From Felis catus (lineage: Eukaryota): a DNA stretch of 64,000 nt. The stretch spans positions 123,134,001 through 123,198,000 of the forward strand of contig NC_058368.1 in the NCBI RefSeq assembly GCF_018350175.1, in the 5' to 3' direction. The position numbers and the translations under genes were made by a program. The notes beneath the pieces are model-generated. The model saw only the letters and a list, made by a program, of their open reading frames with translations. It had not been told where the DNA came from and searched no databases. Below, piece after piece: positions 51,164 to 64,000 of the stretch. The stretch's first letter is position 1, and every line of letters starts with the position of its first letter.

Positions 51164-54100
51164 GAAGTGGCACTTAAGGCTATAGCTGAATAACAAGGTT
51201 AGCGAATCCTTTCCCCAAAAACCAACTATAAATCTAGACAAAACTGACCAAAACAACCCTCATAGCATCTGGAAATTGACCAGTAGCCTATGTCAATCTG
51301 ATAAGCATTTATGCTTGAAAAACTGCTGAACTTTGATTTAGAACAATGGGAGCCTGTGATGTTCTTCTTTAGGAAACTCCCATCTCACTCTTGTTGTTGG
51401 GTTGGTATAGAATGTCCACCAGTTGGGCAGACTATGAGGGTCAGCAACTGCACTGTCTTATTGAAGTAATTTAGAGCAGTGGGCAACAATTATATCCAGA
51501 GGTGTTTTCAGTAGATGTCATGATCTTCACCCAGAGTAAAGACAATGGCCTGAAGTGGTAACATGGTTGAGGCAAGCATATTTCTGGCTGGGTCTTCATA
51601 CATAGGCAGCAGAGAGTAAAGAAAGACCAAGCAATTCACAAAGTCTTCGTTGGCCATAATATTGTGCACAAGCACTTAGAAAACACACATGAAAAAATCC
51701 CAGTGGAAAGCAAATGCCGAGGTAGATGTAAATGTATTCTGAACTTTGAATGTCCTCCTCAATATACACAGGCCTATCTGTAGGGGATGGAAGCCTTACT
51801 AGCTTGAGATGTTTGAGCACAAACTGTGTCTAATCATTGGCCATCTGCTAAGCTATAGAGATATGGAAAGAAAAACCTAAAGACCCAATCTTAAAAAAAT
51901 AAAAACTATAAACATTTTTTTAGCAGATGTATCAACAACTGTACATTGTGGGACAGCAAGAAATCAGAGAGTTAGCCCAGCCGAAGATGCAAATACGCAA
52001 CACAACAGCAAAAATATTCTTTATAGTGAAATCATTATCCAAATGTCTAGCCATCAACAAAAATTATGAAATATGAAAATAGTAACTGGAATGTATGACC
52101 CCTACTCAGGGGGAAAAAAAGCCAATGGAAACTATCTGAATGCCTCTGGGGGTTAGATTTTGCAGACAAAGGCTTGAAGCAGCTATTTTAAAAGTGTTTA
52201 AATACTTCAAATACTATTTAAATAATTAAAGGAAAGTATAATAACAAAGAATAAATAAATGCACATTTTCAGTAAATAGAATAGAGATGGAGATAGACAA
52301 AGATAAATATCTCAAATAGAAATTCTGGAGTCGATAGCATAACACACAAAAAACTCAGTAGAGAGGCTCAAAAGAAGCTCTGAGGCTGCATAAAAAACAA
52401 TTAGTAAACTTGTAGAAAGATAAATAAAAATTAACAATGGAAGTAGAAAAAATATTGGTTAAAAATGGACACAAAGAGTCCCTGAGGTAGTAAGCATGTC
52501 AATACATGTGCAATAGAAATACCAAAAATAAAAAAGATCAAATAAACAGAACAATTATATGAAGGAATAATGGCCTAAAATGTATCAAGTTTGATTTTTA
52601 AAAACTTACTCTTCACATTCAGTAATTGCAACAAGTCCCAAATAGTATGAATACAAAGAGATCAACACCTAGGCCTATCATGATTAAAATGCTGAAATCA
52701 AGAGAAAAAATTTTAAGTGGAAAAAGAAAATGACACATTGTATATAATGGTTTCAATTAATGACTGGCTTCTCATCTAGAATAATGAAGGCCAGAACACA
52801 ATGGTATGACATGCTCAAAGTACTGAAAGAAAAAAAATGTTTATCCATATTCTATATTCACCAAAATTAACCAATAAAAATTAAGTCAAATAAAGACATT
52901 TCCAAATAAGTGAAATTGGAGAAAATTTATTGCCTTCAGACCTGTTTTACAAGTAATAATAGGGTAGTCTTTTAGATGAAAGGAAATGACTTCCAGATGG
53001 TAACTTGGATTTATAGAAAGAAGTGAAAAGAACCAGAAATGGTAAACACATGGGTTAAAATGAACTACTTTATAAATATATTTCCCTTATTTTTACCTAG
53101 TTTCTTTTAACAATATAGTATTTTATAAAGCATTAACTATAATGCTGTTTTATTGGGTGTATAGATAAAATATTTAAGATAACCATAGTACAAAGGGGAA
53201 TAAAGGAAATGGAGCTATATAGGGGCAAAATGTCTATATTTTACCAGAATTAAATATTAATCTGTAATAGATTGGGATAAACTGGGGTGAATATGATAAT
53301 CACTAGAATAAGCAGCAATAAAATGATATATATAATAAATATGTAAAATCAACAGAAGTATTAAAAAGACATACTAGAAATATTTAACCCAAAAGAAGGC
53401 AGTAGTGGAAGAACAGAGAAGTAAAAAGGGTAAGAGTATATTGAAAACAAGCAGAAACATAGCAAATATAAATACAACTATATCAATAATTATACTAAAT
53501 GTAAATGATTTAAACATTCTGATCAAAAGTCAGAGACTGTTGTTTAATTAACAAAAAGCTACTATAACTATCTCCAATAGATACTCCTTAGATCTACAGA
53601 CACAGGAGTCTGAAATGAAGAGTGATACCATGACAAGTATAATACTAAAGAGCAGGATTTGCTATACTACTATCAAACAAAATAGACATTAAGTCAAATA
53701 TTATTGGAGACAAATAGGGACCTTTTATAATTTTATTTTTTTAATGTTTTTATTTTTATTTTTGAGAGAGAGAGCATGGGCAGGCAGAGAGAGAAAGGAT
53801 GACAAAGAATCCAAAGTGGGTTCTGCAGGCTCTGTGCTGAAAACAGCGAGCCCGATGCAAGGCTCACATTCACGAACTGTGAGATCATGACCTGAGCTGA
53901 AGTCAGACACTCAACCAACTGAGCCACCTAGGTACCCCAGGACATTTTATAATTTTAAAAGTATTAATACATCAGGAGATATAACAATTATAACTGCTCT
54001 TACTCACAGAAGCTCGAAATGTATGAAACTAAATATGCTATAAGTAAAGAGACAATTCAACAATAATAGTCAGAAATTTTAATACTCTACTTTTAAAAGT

Positions 54101-54935
54101 TGAAAGAGCCAACTAGAGAAAATACCATCAAAGATATAGAATACTTGAACAACACTATGAACTAACTGAAATATAGGGAGTATTTCCCCAATGATTGCAG
54201 AAGGTACATTCTTTTTAAGAAACAATGGAACATTCTATAAGATATCTATCTCAATAAATCTATTATTTTTTTGAGAGAGAGTGAGAGAGAGTGTAAGTCG
54301 GGGAGAAGGAGGAGAGGGAGAGAGAGAGAATCTTAAGCAAGCTTCATGCTCAGTGCAGAGCCCAGTGCAGGGCTGATCCCACAACCCTGGGATCATGACC
54401 TGAGCAGAGATCAAGAGTTGGGTGTTCTACCAACTGAGCCACCTAGGAGCCCATATCTCAATAAATTTAAAAGAATTAAAATCATACAAAGTATGTTTTC
54501 TGAAAAATAGAATTGAATACAAAACCATCAAGAGAAAGAAATTCTGGAAATTCCCAAATATTTGCATGTTAAGCAGCATACTCCTAAAAAATTGATGGAT
54601 AAAAGAAACACTCGTGACAGATACTAGAACACCATTTGAATTGAATAAAATTTTTAAAAACATAGCAATTCGAAACTTAGGCATTTAGCTAAAGCATTCT
54701 ATAGAGCTCTAAATGCATAAATCAGAGAAGAAAGTTCACAAGTTAATCATCTTAACTTCCGCATTAAGAAGCTTAGAAAAAGAAGAGCAAGCTAAATCTC
54801 AACCAAGCAGAAGGAAGGATATAATAAAGACTAGAGCAGAAATCTATAAAATACAAAACTTTATTAAAACAATAGGAAAAGTTAATAAACCAAATATTGG
54901 TTCCTTGAGACAACTCTTTAAATAAATTGACCTAA

Positions 54936-54981
<46 letters not shown>

Positions 54982-57900
54982 CAATACTTACTAAAATCAG
55001 GAATGCAATTTGGGATATCAATATATGCCCTGGAGAAATTATAAGAATTATAGTAGAGTATTATGAATAAATTTGTGCCACAAAAAAGTAGACAACTGAC
55101 ATGAAATGGAAAAAATCCTAGAAATAAATGAATTATTAAAAACTTACCCCAAAATTAGAACATCAAAATACATGTATAGCAAGCAAAAAAATTGAATCTG
55201 TGATTAAATCAAAGAAAAGTTCAGACTTTAGTGGTGATCCCCAGCAAATAATGAAAGAAGAAACAGTATCAATATTTTATAGACTCATTCAGGAAGTAGA
55301 AGAAGTAACACCAGCCAGTATTATTTTGATACAAAATCCAAAGAAGTGGAGCATGTGGGTGGCTCAGTCGGTTAAGCATCCAACTTGAGCTCAGGTCATA
55401 TCTCAGTTTGTAGGGTTCGAGCCCTGCATCAGATTCTGTGCTGACAGCTCAGATCATGGATCCTGCTTCAGAGTCTGTGTCTTCCTCTCTCTCTGCCGCT
55501 CCTCCAGTCTATCAAAAATAAATAATAAACATTATTAAAAAGTTTTTAAAAAACAAAGGAAGATAACACAACTACAGAAAAAACTACTGGCAAATATTAC
55601 TTATAAACGTACATGGAAAAATATTTAACAAAATATTAGCAAACAGAATCCACAACATAAAAAAGATAAAACCATGACCAAGTAGGAATTACTCTAGGAA
55701 TGCAAGATTGGTTTAACAACAGAAAATCTATTACACCACATTGATAAAGGCAAAAGTACACGATTATTTTAATAGATGCAGAAAGGCATTTAACAAAATT
55801 CCACACTCATTCAAGATAAACACACTCTCTTTCACACACACACACATACACACACACCTACCAATAGACAAAAACTTTCTCAGCTGATAAAGGACATCTA
55901 TGATAAATCTATAACTAAAATCATACTTAATGATTAGAGGCCAAAGAGATTGAGAAGAAAGCAAAGATGGTTGTTCTTACCGCTCTTATTCAACACACCA
56001 CTTCTATTCAACATTGAGCTGGAGGGTATAGCCAATATATTAAGGCAAAATATTTTAGTTAATTAAAGACATTCTGCTTGGGAAAAAAAACAATTTTTTT
56101 TTCATTGTAGGGACATGATACTATATATAGAAACTCCCAAAAGAAAATAAACTAGAACTAATAAATGAGTTTAGCAAGATTTCAGCATGCAAATAAATAA
56201 TGCAAATTCAATTTTATTTCTGTATACTAATGATGAACAATCGAGAAATTATTATCAAGATGACAATTCTCCCAAAAGTAATCTATAAATTCAACATCTT
56301 CCCTACCAAAATCCTGTGGCAGGCTTTTTCATTGGTAGAAATTGACATTCATGAACATTCATGATTCATGGAAAGAGGTCAAAATACAGTATCAATATTA
56401 ACAGGAGTTGAGAACCTCCATGGACAACTTTCAAGGGTTTAAGACTTCAGCAGAGGCAGCAACTATAGATGGGATGGAAAGAGCAAGAGAACTAGAATTA
56501 AAAGTGGAGGCTGAGATCTGACTAAATTTCTACAATCTTGTGATGAAACTTGAACGGATGAGGAGTCACTTCTCATGGATGAGCAAAGAAAGTAATCTGA
56601 GCTGGAATCTACTCCTGGTGAAGACGCTGTGAGGATTGTTGAAATGACAACAAAGGACTTAGAATATTCCATAAATTTAGTTGATAAAGCAGTGGCAGGG
56701 TTTGAGAGGACTGCCTCCAATTTTGAAAGAAGTCCAAATGGCATTGCATGCCACAGAGAAATCATTCACGACAGGAAGAGCTCATCGATATGGCACACTT
56801 CCTCGTTGTCTTATTTTAAGAAATTGCAACAGCCACACCAGCTTTCAACAACCACCACCTTGATTATCAGCAGCCATTGGTACTGAGACAAGACTCTCAA
56901 CTAGCAAAAAGATGAAGACTCACTGAAAATTGAGACGATGATTAGCATTTTTTAGCCAAAAAAAAACCTATCCTTTAATTAAGGTATGTACATGGTGTTT
57001 TTTAGACGTAATGCTATTTCACACTTAAAACACTAGCATAGTGTAAGCATAACTTTTGCAGGTACTGGGAAACCAAAAAATTCATTTGACTTGCCTTATT
57101 GCAGTATTTGCTTTATGGTGGTGGTCTGGAACCAATCCTGCCATGTCTCCAAAGTATGCCTATACAAACATTTGGGCTTCAAATGAAATCCTTGAAACAA
57201 CAGAAAAGCAACTATGGACTGGGAGAAAATTTCTGATTTTCATATATTCATATATTGGGTAAAAGACTTCTATCTGCAATATATAAGGACCGCTTACAGC
57301 TCAGACATAAGAAGACAATTCAATTAAAAAGAGCTGTTACACTAAAAACATCTTAATGGCTAGTGCACACTTAAAAAGATGTTTTACATTGCTATTATGT
57401 AGGGAAATGCACATTAAAACCACAATGAGGTGCCATTACACACCCACTACAATGGCTATAATCATAAAGACAAAAAAAAAAAAACAACCCAAAATGTTTT
57501 TAAGGTTGTGGAGAAACTGGAACACTTGCAGATTTCTGGTAAGAGTACTCGAGAATGCAGCTACACTGGGGGCACCTGGGTGGCTCAGTGGGTTTAGCGT
57601 CTGACTCTTGATTTCGACTCAGGTCATAATCTCAGGATCGTGGGATCGAGCCCCAAGTGGGGCTGCACGCTGAGTGTGGAGCCTATTTAAAATTCTCTCT
57701 CCCTCCCCCTCTATCTGCCTCTAGTTCCCTAAGGGGGGCGAAAAATGCCACTACTCTAGAAAAGACGTGGTCACTTTCTTAGGTGAAACATCAATTGACC
57801 ATATGACCTAGCAAGTTTGGTCCTAGGAATCTGTCCCACTGATGTGATAACATATGTCCATACATATGCCATGCATGTGAATGTTCATAACAGCATTCTT

Positions 57901-58330
57901 TTTAATAATCCCAAACTAGAAATGATCTAAGTGTCTGAAAGTCCACTGGTAATGGAACAAAATGAGCTACATTTATAGAATGAAATATTATTCTGAAATA
58001 AAAAGAAAGTTATGATATGGATGAACCTCAAAAACATTAGGCAAAGTGAAAGCCAGAGTCAAACAATTGCATATTTATGATTCCATTTATAAGAAGTATA
58101 GAGGAAAGGTAAATTTATAGTCAGAAAATTCTGTGGTTGCCTAAGGTTAGAGCTGGGAACTGGGATTAACTGTTGGTGGTCATAGTGGAAGCCCCTTGGG
58201 GTGACAGACATATTCTAAAACTGAGTTATGGTGATGGTTGTAAAACTCCATAAATTAACCCAAAATCATTGAATTGTACACTTAAAATTCATGAATTTCA
58301 TGTTAAGTAAAACCTCAGTAAAACTGTAAT
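51164..58330 (+). mobile_element. Near full-length, highly degraded old L1 (5' UTR, ORF1, ORF2, 3' UTR) in SPINK5 intron 4
   Basis: ORF1-like region ~52140-53050; ORF2 remnants (LEKEEQAKSQPSRRKDIIKTRAEI, accatgaccaagtaggaatt, atagatgcagaaaggcattt); 3' UTR ending cattgaattgtacacttaaaa. Hosts SINEs at 53730-53938(-), 54262-54452(-), 55346-55550(+), 57568-57730(+). Confidence 0.85.
56352..57162 (+). mobile_element. Tigger1 DNA transposon, 3' part only
   Basis: Transposase remnant [33 protein letters not shown]; right terminus aagtatgccta followed by TA. Confidence 0.9.
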
Positions 58331-58522
58331 TGTTTTTCAGTTTACACGCTTTCTCAATTTTTGGAATAACATAAATTATTATTATTCAGTATAAGTTTTC
58401 CTCTTAATTTGAAACTTTAGAAAAATGGATTTTAAGGCTATTAGGACTGTGGCATTTTGGGGAGGGATTATCTCAGACCAGTATATCAGTTGGATTAATG
58501 CTTTTGGTCTGTTCAACTTTTC

Positions 58523-58570
58523 TTATTAAACAATGGAGACTCTTTTTTATTAAACAATGGAGACTTTTTT
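58523..58570. repeat. ~24-bp tandem duplication
   Basis: ttattaaacaatggagact(c/t)tttt x2. Confidence 0.9.
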
Positions 58571-59318
58571 TTAAGCCATATCTCCATTTTTGTTTTCAGA
58601 TGTTTTAGCATATGAATACTCCTAATATGCTTTTATTGTATGTATATCTCACATTTACACAGTTATTTTCAATGGTCATTGCTTGTATTTTTTATTTCCA
58701 TCTTCTCTTTCTCATATCAATTGTACTAGAAATCTATCTTACCAGCTGTTTTTATCTTCTCTATTGTTTATGTTATCTGTGTCACTCAGTCTTGTTTCTT
58801 TAATCTCGTTCTCCTGCACATCTTATAATGGATTGCACAATACCTCATTTAAAATTTTTAACTTTTAAAATTCTATGACCAGGGTACTTAAAGATGTTAA
58901 TGATTATCTGAAGATTGGTACTTCAAGTGTTTCCATTTGTCATTCTTTGCCAAACATTCTTTAATTTTCCTCCCTTGCAAAGTTATTCAGTAATACATTC
59001 TTTATATTATTGATTTGGTTATTTGATTTTTGCCTATTTTAAATTAACTTTGATTTTATTGAATTTTGGTCAGAGAACATAGATCATATGACATTGATCC
59101 TTTGGAATTTCCTAACACTTTTTTAGTGACCTAATAAGTATTCAACTTTTATAAATGTTTCTTATGTCTTGGAAAAAGTGTTTATTTTCTGTGTCATGGA
59201 TGTAGTTTTCTATCAAAATTTAATGGCTTAAGCATCTTAACTTTTTACTCTTGATCTATCAATTTCTGAGAAGCGCATGCTAAAGTCTGTAACTCCAGCT
59301 ACTGATTTATCTAATTCT

Positions 59319-59773
59319 TTTTTTTTTAATTTTTTAAAATATTTATTTATTTTTAAGAGAGAGAGACTTAAGGGGGGGGGGTGGGCAGAGAGAGAGGGAG
59401 ACACAGAAACCCAAGCAAGTTCCAGCTTGGAACCCAAGCTCCAGGTTCCAAGCTGTCAGCACAGAGGCCAATGCAGGGCTTGAACCTATGAACAGTGAGA
59501 TCATGACCTGAGCTGAAGTCACTTGACTGAGCCACCCAGGCACCCCTATCTAATTCTTTTTTTTTTTTTTTTTTTTTTTTTTTTAGTTTATTTTTGAGAG
59601 AGAGAGAAAGAGAGACAAAGAGAGACAGAGAGAGGGAGGAAGAAAATCCCAAGCAGGCTCCATGCTTTCAGCCCAGAGCCCGACGCAGGGCGTGATCTCA
59701 TGAACTGTGACATCATGACCTGAGCCAAAATCAAGGGTTGAATGTTCAACCAACTGAGCCACCCAGGCGCCCC
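59319..59773 (-). mobile_element. Two tandem Can-SINEs (59319-59546, 59558-59773)
   Basis: Three copies of tatctaattct at 59308, 59547 and 59779. Confidence 0.94.
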
Positions 59774-62544
59774 CTGGTTATCTAATTCTGTCACATTCTG
59801 ATGGTAGTAGTTTGACATAGTTAAAGCCTGTTTAATTAACTGAATGAATACTCAGTGATTACTATGTCTTCATGTTCTGCTTTTTCTTTTACTTTATATA
59901 GAGTCCTTCTTTGCCACTTATGATGCATTTTGAACTGAATTCTATATTTTTCATATTAATATTACTGCATTTGCTCTCTTATTCATTTTTACCTTGTATC
60001 CTTTCTTATCCTGTTGTTTTAGTATCTGTGTGTTTTTTAATGTTAACTTTTCTCTTATCATCCATACCTGATTTGATCCTAATTTTTAAAATCCAATAAC
60101 AAATTATATTTTAACTTGTGTGTTTAGCCCATTTACAGTTTGTTATTTCTGTTTTTCTAGGACTTGGTTCTCCTAATGTTTCATAGTTTCAGTTACCAGA
60201 CTTTAATAAAAACATATTTTAAAAGTAGTCTCTTCTTTCCAGCTTTTGTGTGATGATGAGTTAAAGGTCGCATATCTATTTTTGTTCTTATTATGACTAC
60301 CCTTAACCAAATATCCATATTTATAATTATTTATCACTATTGCTAACATCTTTGTTTATTGTCAATATCTGTATTTTCTCCCCTAACATATGTTAGGCTA
60401 GTCTGGTTTGCTTAAAATTCCCTAAACCTCCCCCAATTTGTTATTGACCAGATGCTATTTTTGATTTGGTATGTCTATTTCTCTTTCTTTTGTTTTTTCA
60501 GTTTTCATTAGTTCTAGAAATGTTCCCTATTTCTTCAAATATTATTGTCTATATATGTTTGCCTCCTTTGGGGGATTTCTAATTCTATTCACCATGTTCT
60601 TTAAATTTTTTATTTTAAATTTTGTTTTCCTTTATCATTGCCTTTTATAAGAGTTTCTTGATCTGATTGTCTGGTTCAAAAATTCATTAGGTATGTGCAC
60701 CTATCCTTCTTTTATTCTTTATATTGTTTTATTTATTGCCGTTTAAATATTTCCATATCTAAAACTTCCAGTTTTTTCCCATTATAACTTTTTTCCTGTT
60801 TCACGTTGAAGATGTTTTATCTCTCTAAAGCATAGTTACACTCTTGATAAATTATTTTTCTATGCATTCCAATAATTCTGCTTCAACTGATACTGAATAT
60901 TGCTCACATTACCATATTTCTTTTACCTTGTTTTGCTCCTCATGTATACAAAATATTTTTACTCTTAAGATTCCATGATAGCTTTAGTTACTTTTTCTGC
61001 TACAGTGAGTGAGATGGTGTTTAAGGCCACACTTCAGGCTCTGCCTCTCCTGTTGAGTGTAAGGATAGGAAAAGGGATGAAGCCCAGATCAGAATGTTCT
61101 GGAATCAGTGTTGCTCCTCCAGTTTGTTCCCTACTCCACAGGTTAGAAATCCATCTGTCCACTCTCAGAATCTGTTAGTAATAGGAAGAGGTGTTCTCTA
61201 TAGGTTGTGATCTCCCAGCCCTTGGAGTTTGGAGGGGGAGGAGGAAGTGGAGTAGTAACTACCTGCACCTGTTCTCATCACCTCACAGCTGGGCTCTTGA
61301 TCTGCCCTGTCATCACCCTGCCAACACCTGTGACCTAGTATGCTGCCTCTGCTTTTGCTGGCGAAGGGGAATCACAGTGATTGTCCCAAGTTAATAAAAT
61401 CAATCCCTATCACCCATGCTTCTGTCGTTTCTCCAGAAATGACCTTAGAGAGAAAGCCAGCAGCTCTCCTGCTTTTTCCTTCTACTTCAGCCACATTTCT
61501 TGGTGCCTCTTAAACAGGACAATCTAGTTCCTATCACAAATCCTTTGCAATTGTAGTTTCTCTATGCCTGAAATAGTCTTCCCTCAGATCTTCAGTGGCT
61601 GGCTCCTTCTCATTAATCCCATCTCACTTCAAATGTTACCTTTACAGAGAGACCATTCTCGACACTGTATTTAAAATCGCCACTATTGTGGGTATTGTTC
61701 AGTTTATTTTTCATAGCTTTTATTATAATTTAAAATGATTGTATTTATGGTCTTTGTCTTCTCATCAGAATGCAAATGAACAAATGAACAACCGAACAAG
61801 TGAAATAACACATAGAGCCATTATTTACCCTGTTTTGCCTCTATTTTAACTTCTTCCTAAACATATGACATGAATAGTTGGGCATGTCCCATAGCTTTTC
61901 TTTACTATTCTACATTCTTTTTCCTTTTTTATTGTCTTTCCGAAGTCCTCAATGCCACCTTTGGTTCACAAATTCATTATATATTTGTATCCATTGTACT
62001 TTTATTCTTTGTATTGTGTGACATACTAGGTCACAGGTCTATACATTGTAAGTTTTCCGCATTTACGTTTAAAATATTTTTGTTATGACAATAACATCAA
62101 CAATTTATGTTGCCCTCTGATAACTGAAAAAATACCTAGTGTTATTATTTGCTTTTAGATAGAAATTAAATGCAAGTTAACTTGAGGTCTTCTTTAGTTA
62201 ACTCATGTCACAATAGGGTTGCCAAATAAGGTTTCTCAAGTGTTCACTTGATCCCCAGCATAAATCTGTAATATGGACAGGGTGTGAATTTCCATTTGTC
62301 AGGCAAGGAGGAAAGCGAGGTTCAAAGAGGTGAAGTGAGTGGGTGGCAGGTCTGAGGTTCAAACGCTGGTCTCCAGGTATCACCTCAAGCTGTTGCTCTC
62401 TCCCTGCACAGCTGTGTCCCTAAGTACATGTCATATCACTAGAGCTGAGATTTGGGCATTTGTTCCGTCATCCAAATAAGGTTGTTTAGTCTTATTGGCC
62501 TGACTGTCTGTGGGGAAAATGTTTAAAATAACAACAAAACAACA

Positions 62545-62765
62545 ACAGTCAATGGTTACGAAATGCCATGCACTATTCTAAGTGCTGGGCATGTATTCAT
62601 ACATTGAAACCTCTTTATAATCCTAAGAAGTTAGTAATATTGTACACGTTTTGCAAGTAAGAACACTACAGCCCAGAGGGGTTAAGTAACTCCCAAATCA
62701 CAAATCCAGTATGTGGGAGAGTTAGAATTATGAACCCAGCAATCTGGCTTCTGATCACTATCCTC
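62545..62765 (-). mobile_element. MIR
   Basis: gcactattctaagtgc...gttttgcaagtaagaacact..cccagaggggttaagtaact. Confidence 0.7.
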
Positions 62766-63142
62766 ATCTGTAATAATAAAAACTTTGTTACAACCTATAG
62801 TTACAGAGAGTTTTCATATCCATTATCTACTGGGCCTCATTACTACTCTGTAGAGAAGACAGGCAGGATTTGACAGACAAACAGGAAACTAAATTTCACA
62901 GAGGTGCCTCACTTGCCCTACTGAAATCACATAGAAATTCTTTCTCCTGAAATCTAATTGTATCTCTGTTCTTGGACCATGTTTTATTATCCATGACTTT
63001 TTTAGTGTACTATAGTCTCCTAAACCTGTTTTGTTCTTCAGTGTAGTTATATTGCTGTGGGTTTAAAATATTAACTCATTTATGTACCTAAGGAATATTT
63101 TATCTCTTGTATTTTGATATTCCTTGATAATGTCTCTTGCAG

Positions 63143-63270
63143 TTGAATTGCGATGATTTCAGAAAAGGAGAAAGAAATGGGGGTTTTATCTGTACTCTGG
63201 ATTATGCAGCTGTTTGTGGCACTGATGGGAAAACATACAGTAACAAATGTATGCTGTGTGCTGAGAATGC
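63143..63270 (+). CDS. SPINK5: SPINK5 exon 5, Kazal domain 2 [42 protein letters not shown](A); gene continues beyond window
   Basis: Acceptor gtctcttgcag, donor gtgagt; 128 nt; classic Kazal motif [13 protein letters not shown]. Confidence 0.97.
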
Positions 63271-63414
63271 GTGAGTATCTGCAGCAGACTTTCTCCCTAA
63301 TGCACGCTCTCCGAATAATTACAGGACACATTTTTTTCTTATAGTCTTTAAAATATCAGTTCATTTTGTGGGAGTCAGCCATACATAAATTATTAGGACC
63401 ACTCCTTTTACTAT

Positions 63415-63644
63415 TTTTTTTTAATTTTTTAATTTTTTTAATGTTTATTAATTTTTGAGAGACAGAGAGAGGCAGAGTATGAGTGGGGTGGGGGCAGAGA
63501 GAGACACACACACAGAATCCAAAACAGGCTCCAGGCTCCGAGCTGTCAGCACAGAGCCCGACGTGGGGCTCGAACCCACAAACTGTGAGATCATGACCTG
63601 AGCCGTAGTTGGACACTTAACTGACTGAGCCACCCAAGTGCCCC
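63415..63644 (-). mobile_element. Can-SINE in intron 5
   Basis: TSD ctccttttacta. Confidence 0.94.
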
Positions 63645-64000
63645 TCCTTTTACTATATTCTTAGGGAAAAAATATGTTGTGTCACACTTTATATTTTACA
63701 AAGCACTTTTGTGTGTAATTTATCAAATAGTTATCAGTGTCTCTGTGAAGTAGACATCTGATATATCTAGGTACATGCACAGATAAGTACACATGTATGT
63801 ATATGCACATACATACACATACATATACATACAGACACCTATCTATTTCTATGTGTCTAGGAGTGTATCTTTTCTCACAGAGAATTATTTAATCATCAAA
63901 GTATTTTTTTATTAAATGCTCTGTAATTTATAATATTAGAGTAGATTAATTCGAACTTTTAATATTGAACTTCTTTCCATTTATTTGACCTTTGTCACAT

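Larger units (their letters stand above)
58330..61500 (-). mobile_element. Ancient L1M (-) remnants, probably continuing the 49730-51160 element
   Basis: ttttggtcagagaacat; gatctatcaatttctgagaag; tttagcccatttaca; T-rich throughout. Confidence 0.6.

Noticed and set aside
63153..63344. 63-aa ORF overlapping exon 5
   Set aside because: Wrong frame; the Kazal domain is read from 63143.
1..64000. CRISPR arrays, operons or other prokaryotic systems
   Set aside because: Mammalian DNA; no regularly spaced repeat-spacer structure seen.

Overview
Mammalian genomic DNA from a felid: the carnivore SINE and L1 tails look cat-like, but the species cannot be fixed from sequence alone. The window is AT-rich and repeat-dense. 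The only intact protein-coding gene found is the 5' part of SPINK5 (LEKTI) on the + strand, which the ORF track largely misses because it is spliced. It has a TATA/Inr promoter at ~40063-40100 and coding exons 1-5 at 40164-40218, 41681-41706, 45597-45724, 47611-47683 and 63143-63270. These splice in frame through GT-AG introns into signal peptide, domain 1, linker and most of Kazal domain 2; the gene continues past the window end. About 3 kb upstream on the same strand lies a processed TCEAL3/5/6-type retrocopy (~35999-37147) with four frameshifts and a CpG- and G-quadruplex-rich 5' end. The rest is Can-SINEs, L1, L2, MIR, a solo LTR, MER20/MER5 and Tigger1, including several nested or rearranged insertions. 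Most notable: an ovomucoid-like C-T-L-D-Y reactive loop in domain 2, a 6-codon uORF in the SPINK5 leader, the retrocopy next to the promoter, and an inverted L1 fused to a SINE head. Repeat family names and orthologue comparisons come from recognition or recall, not database searches.
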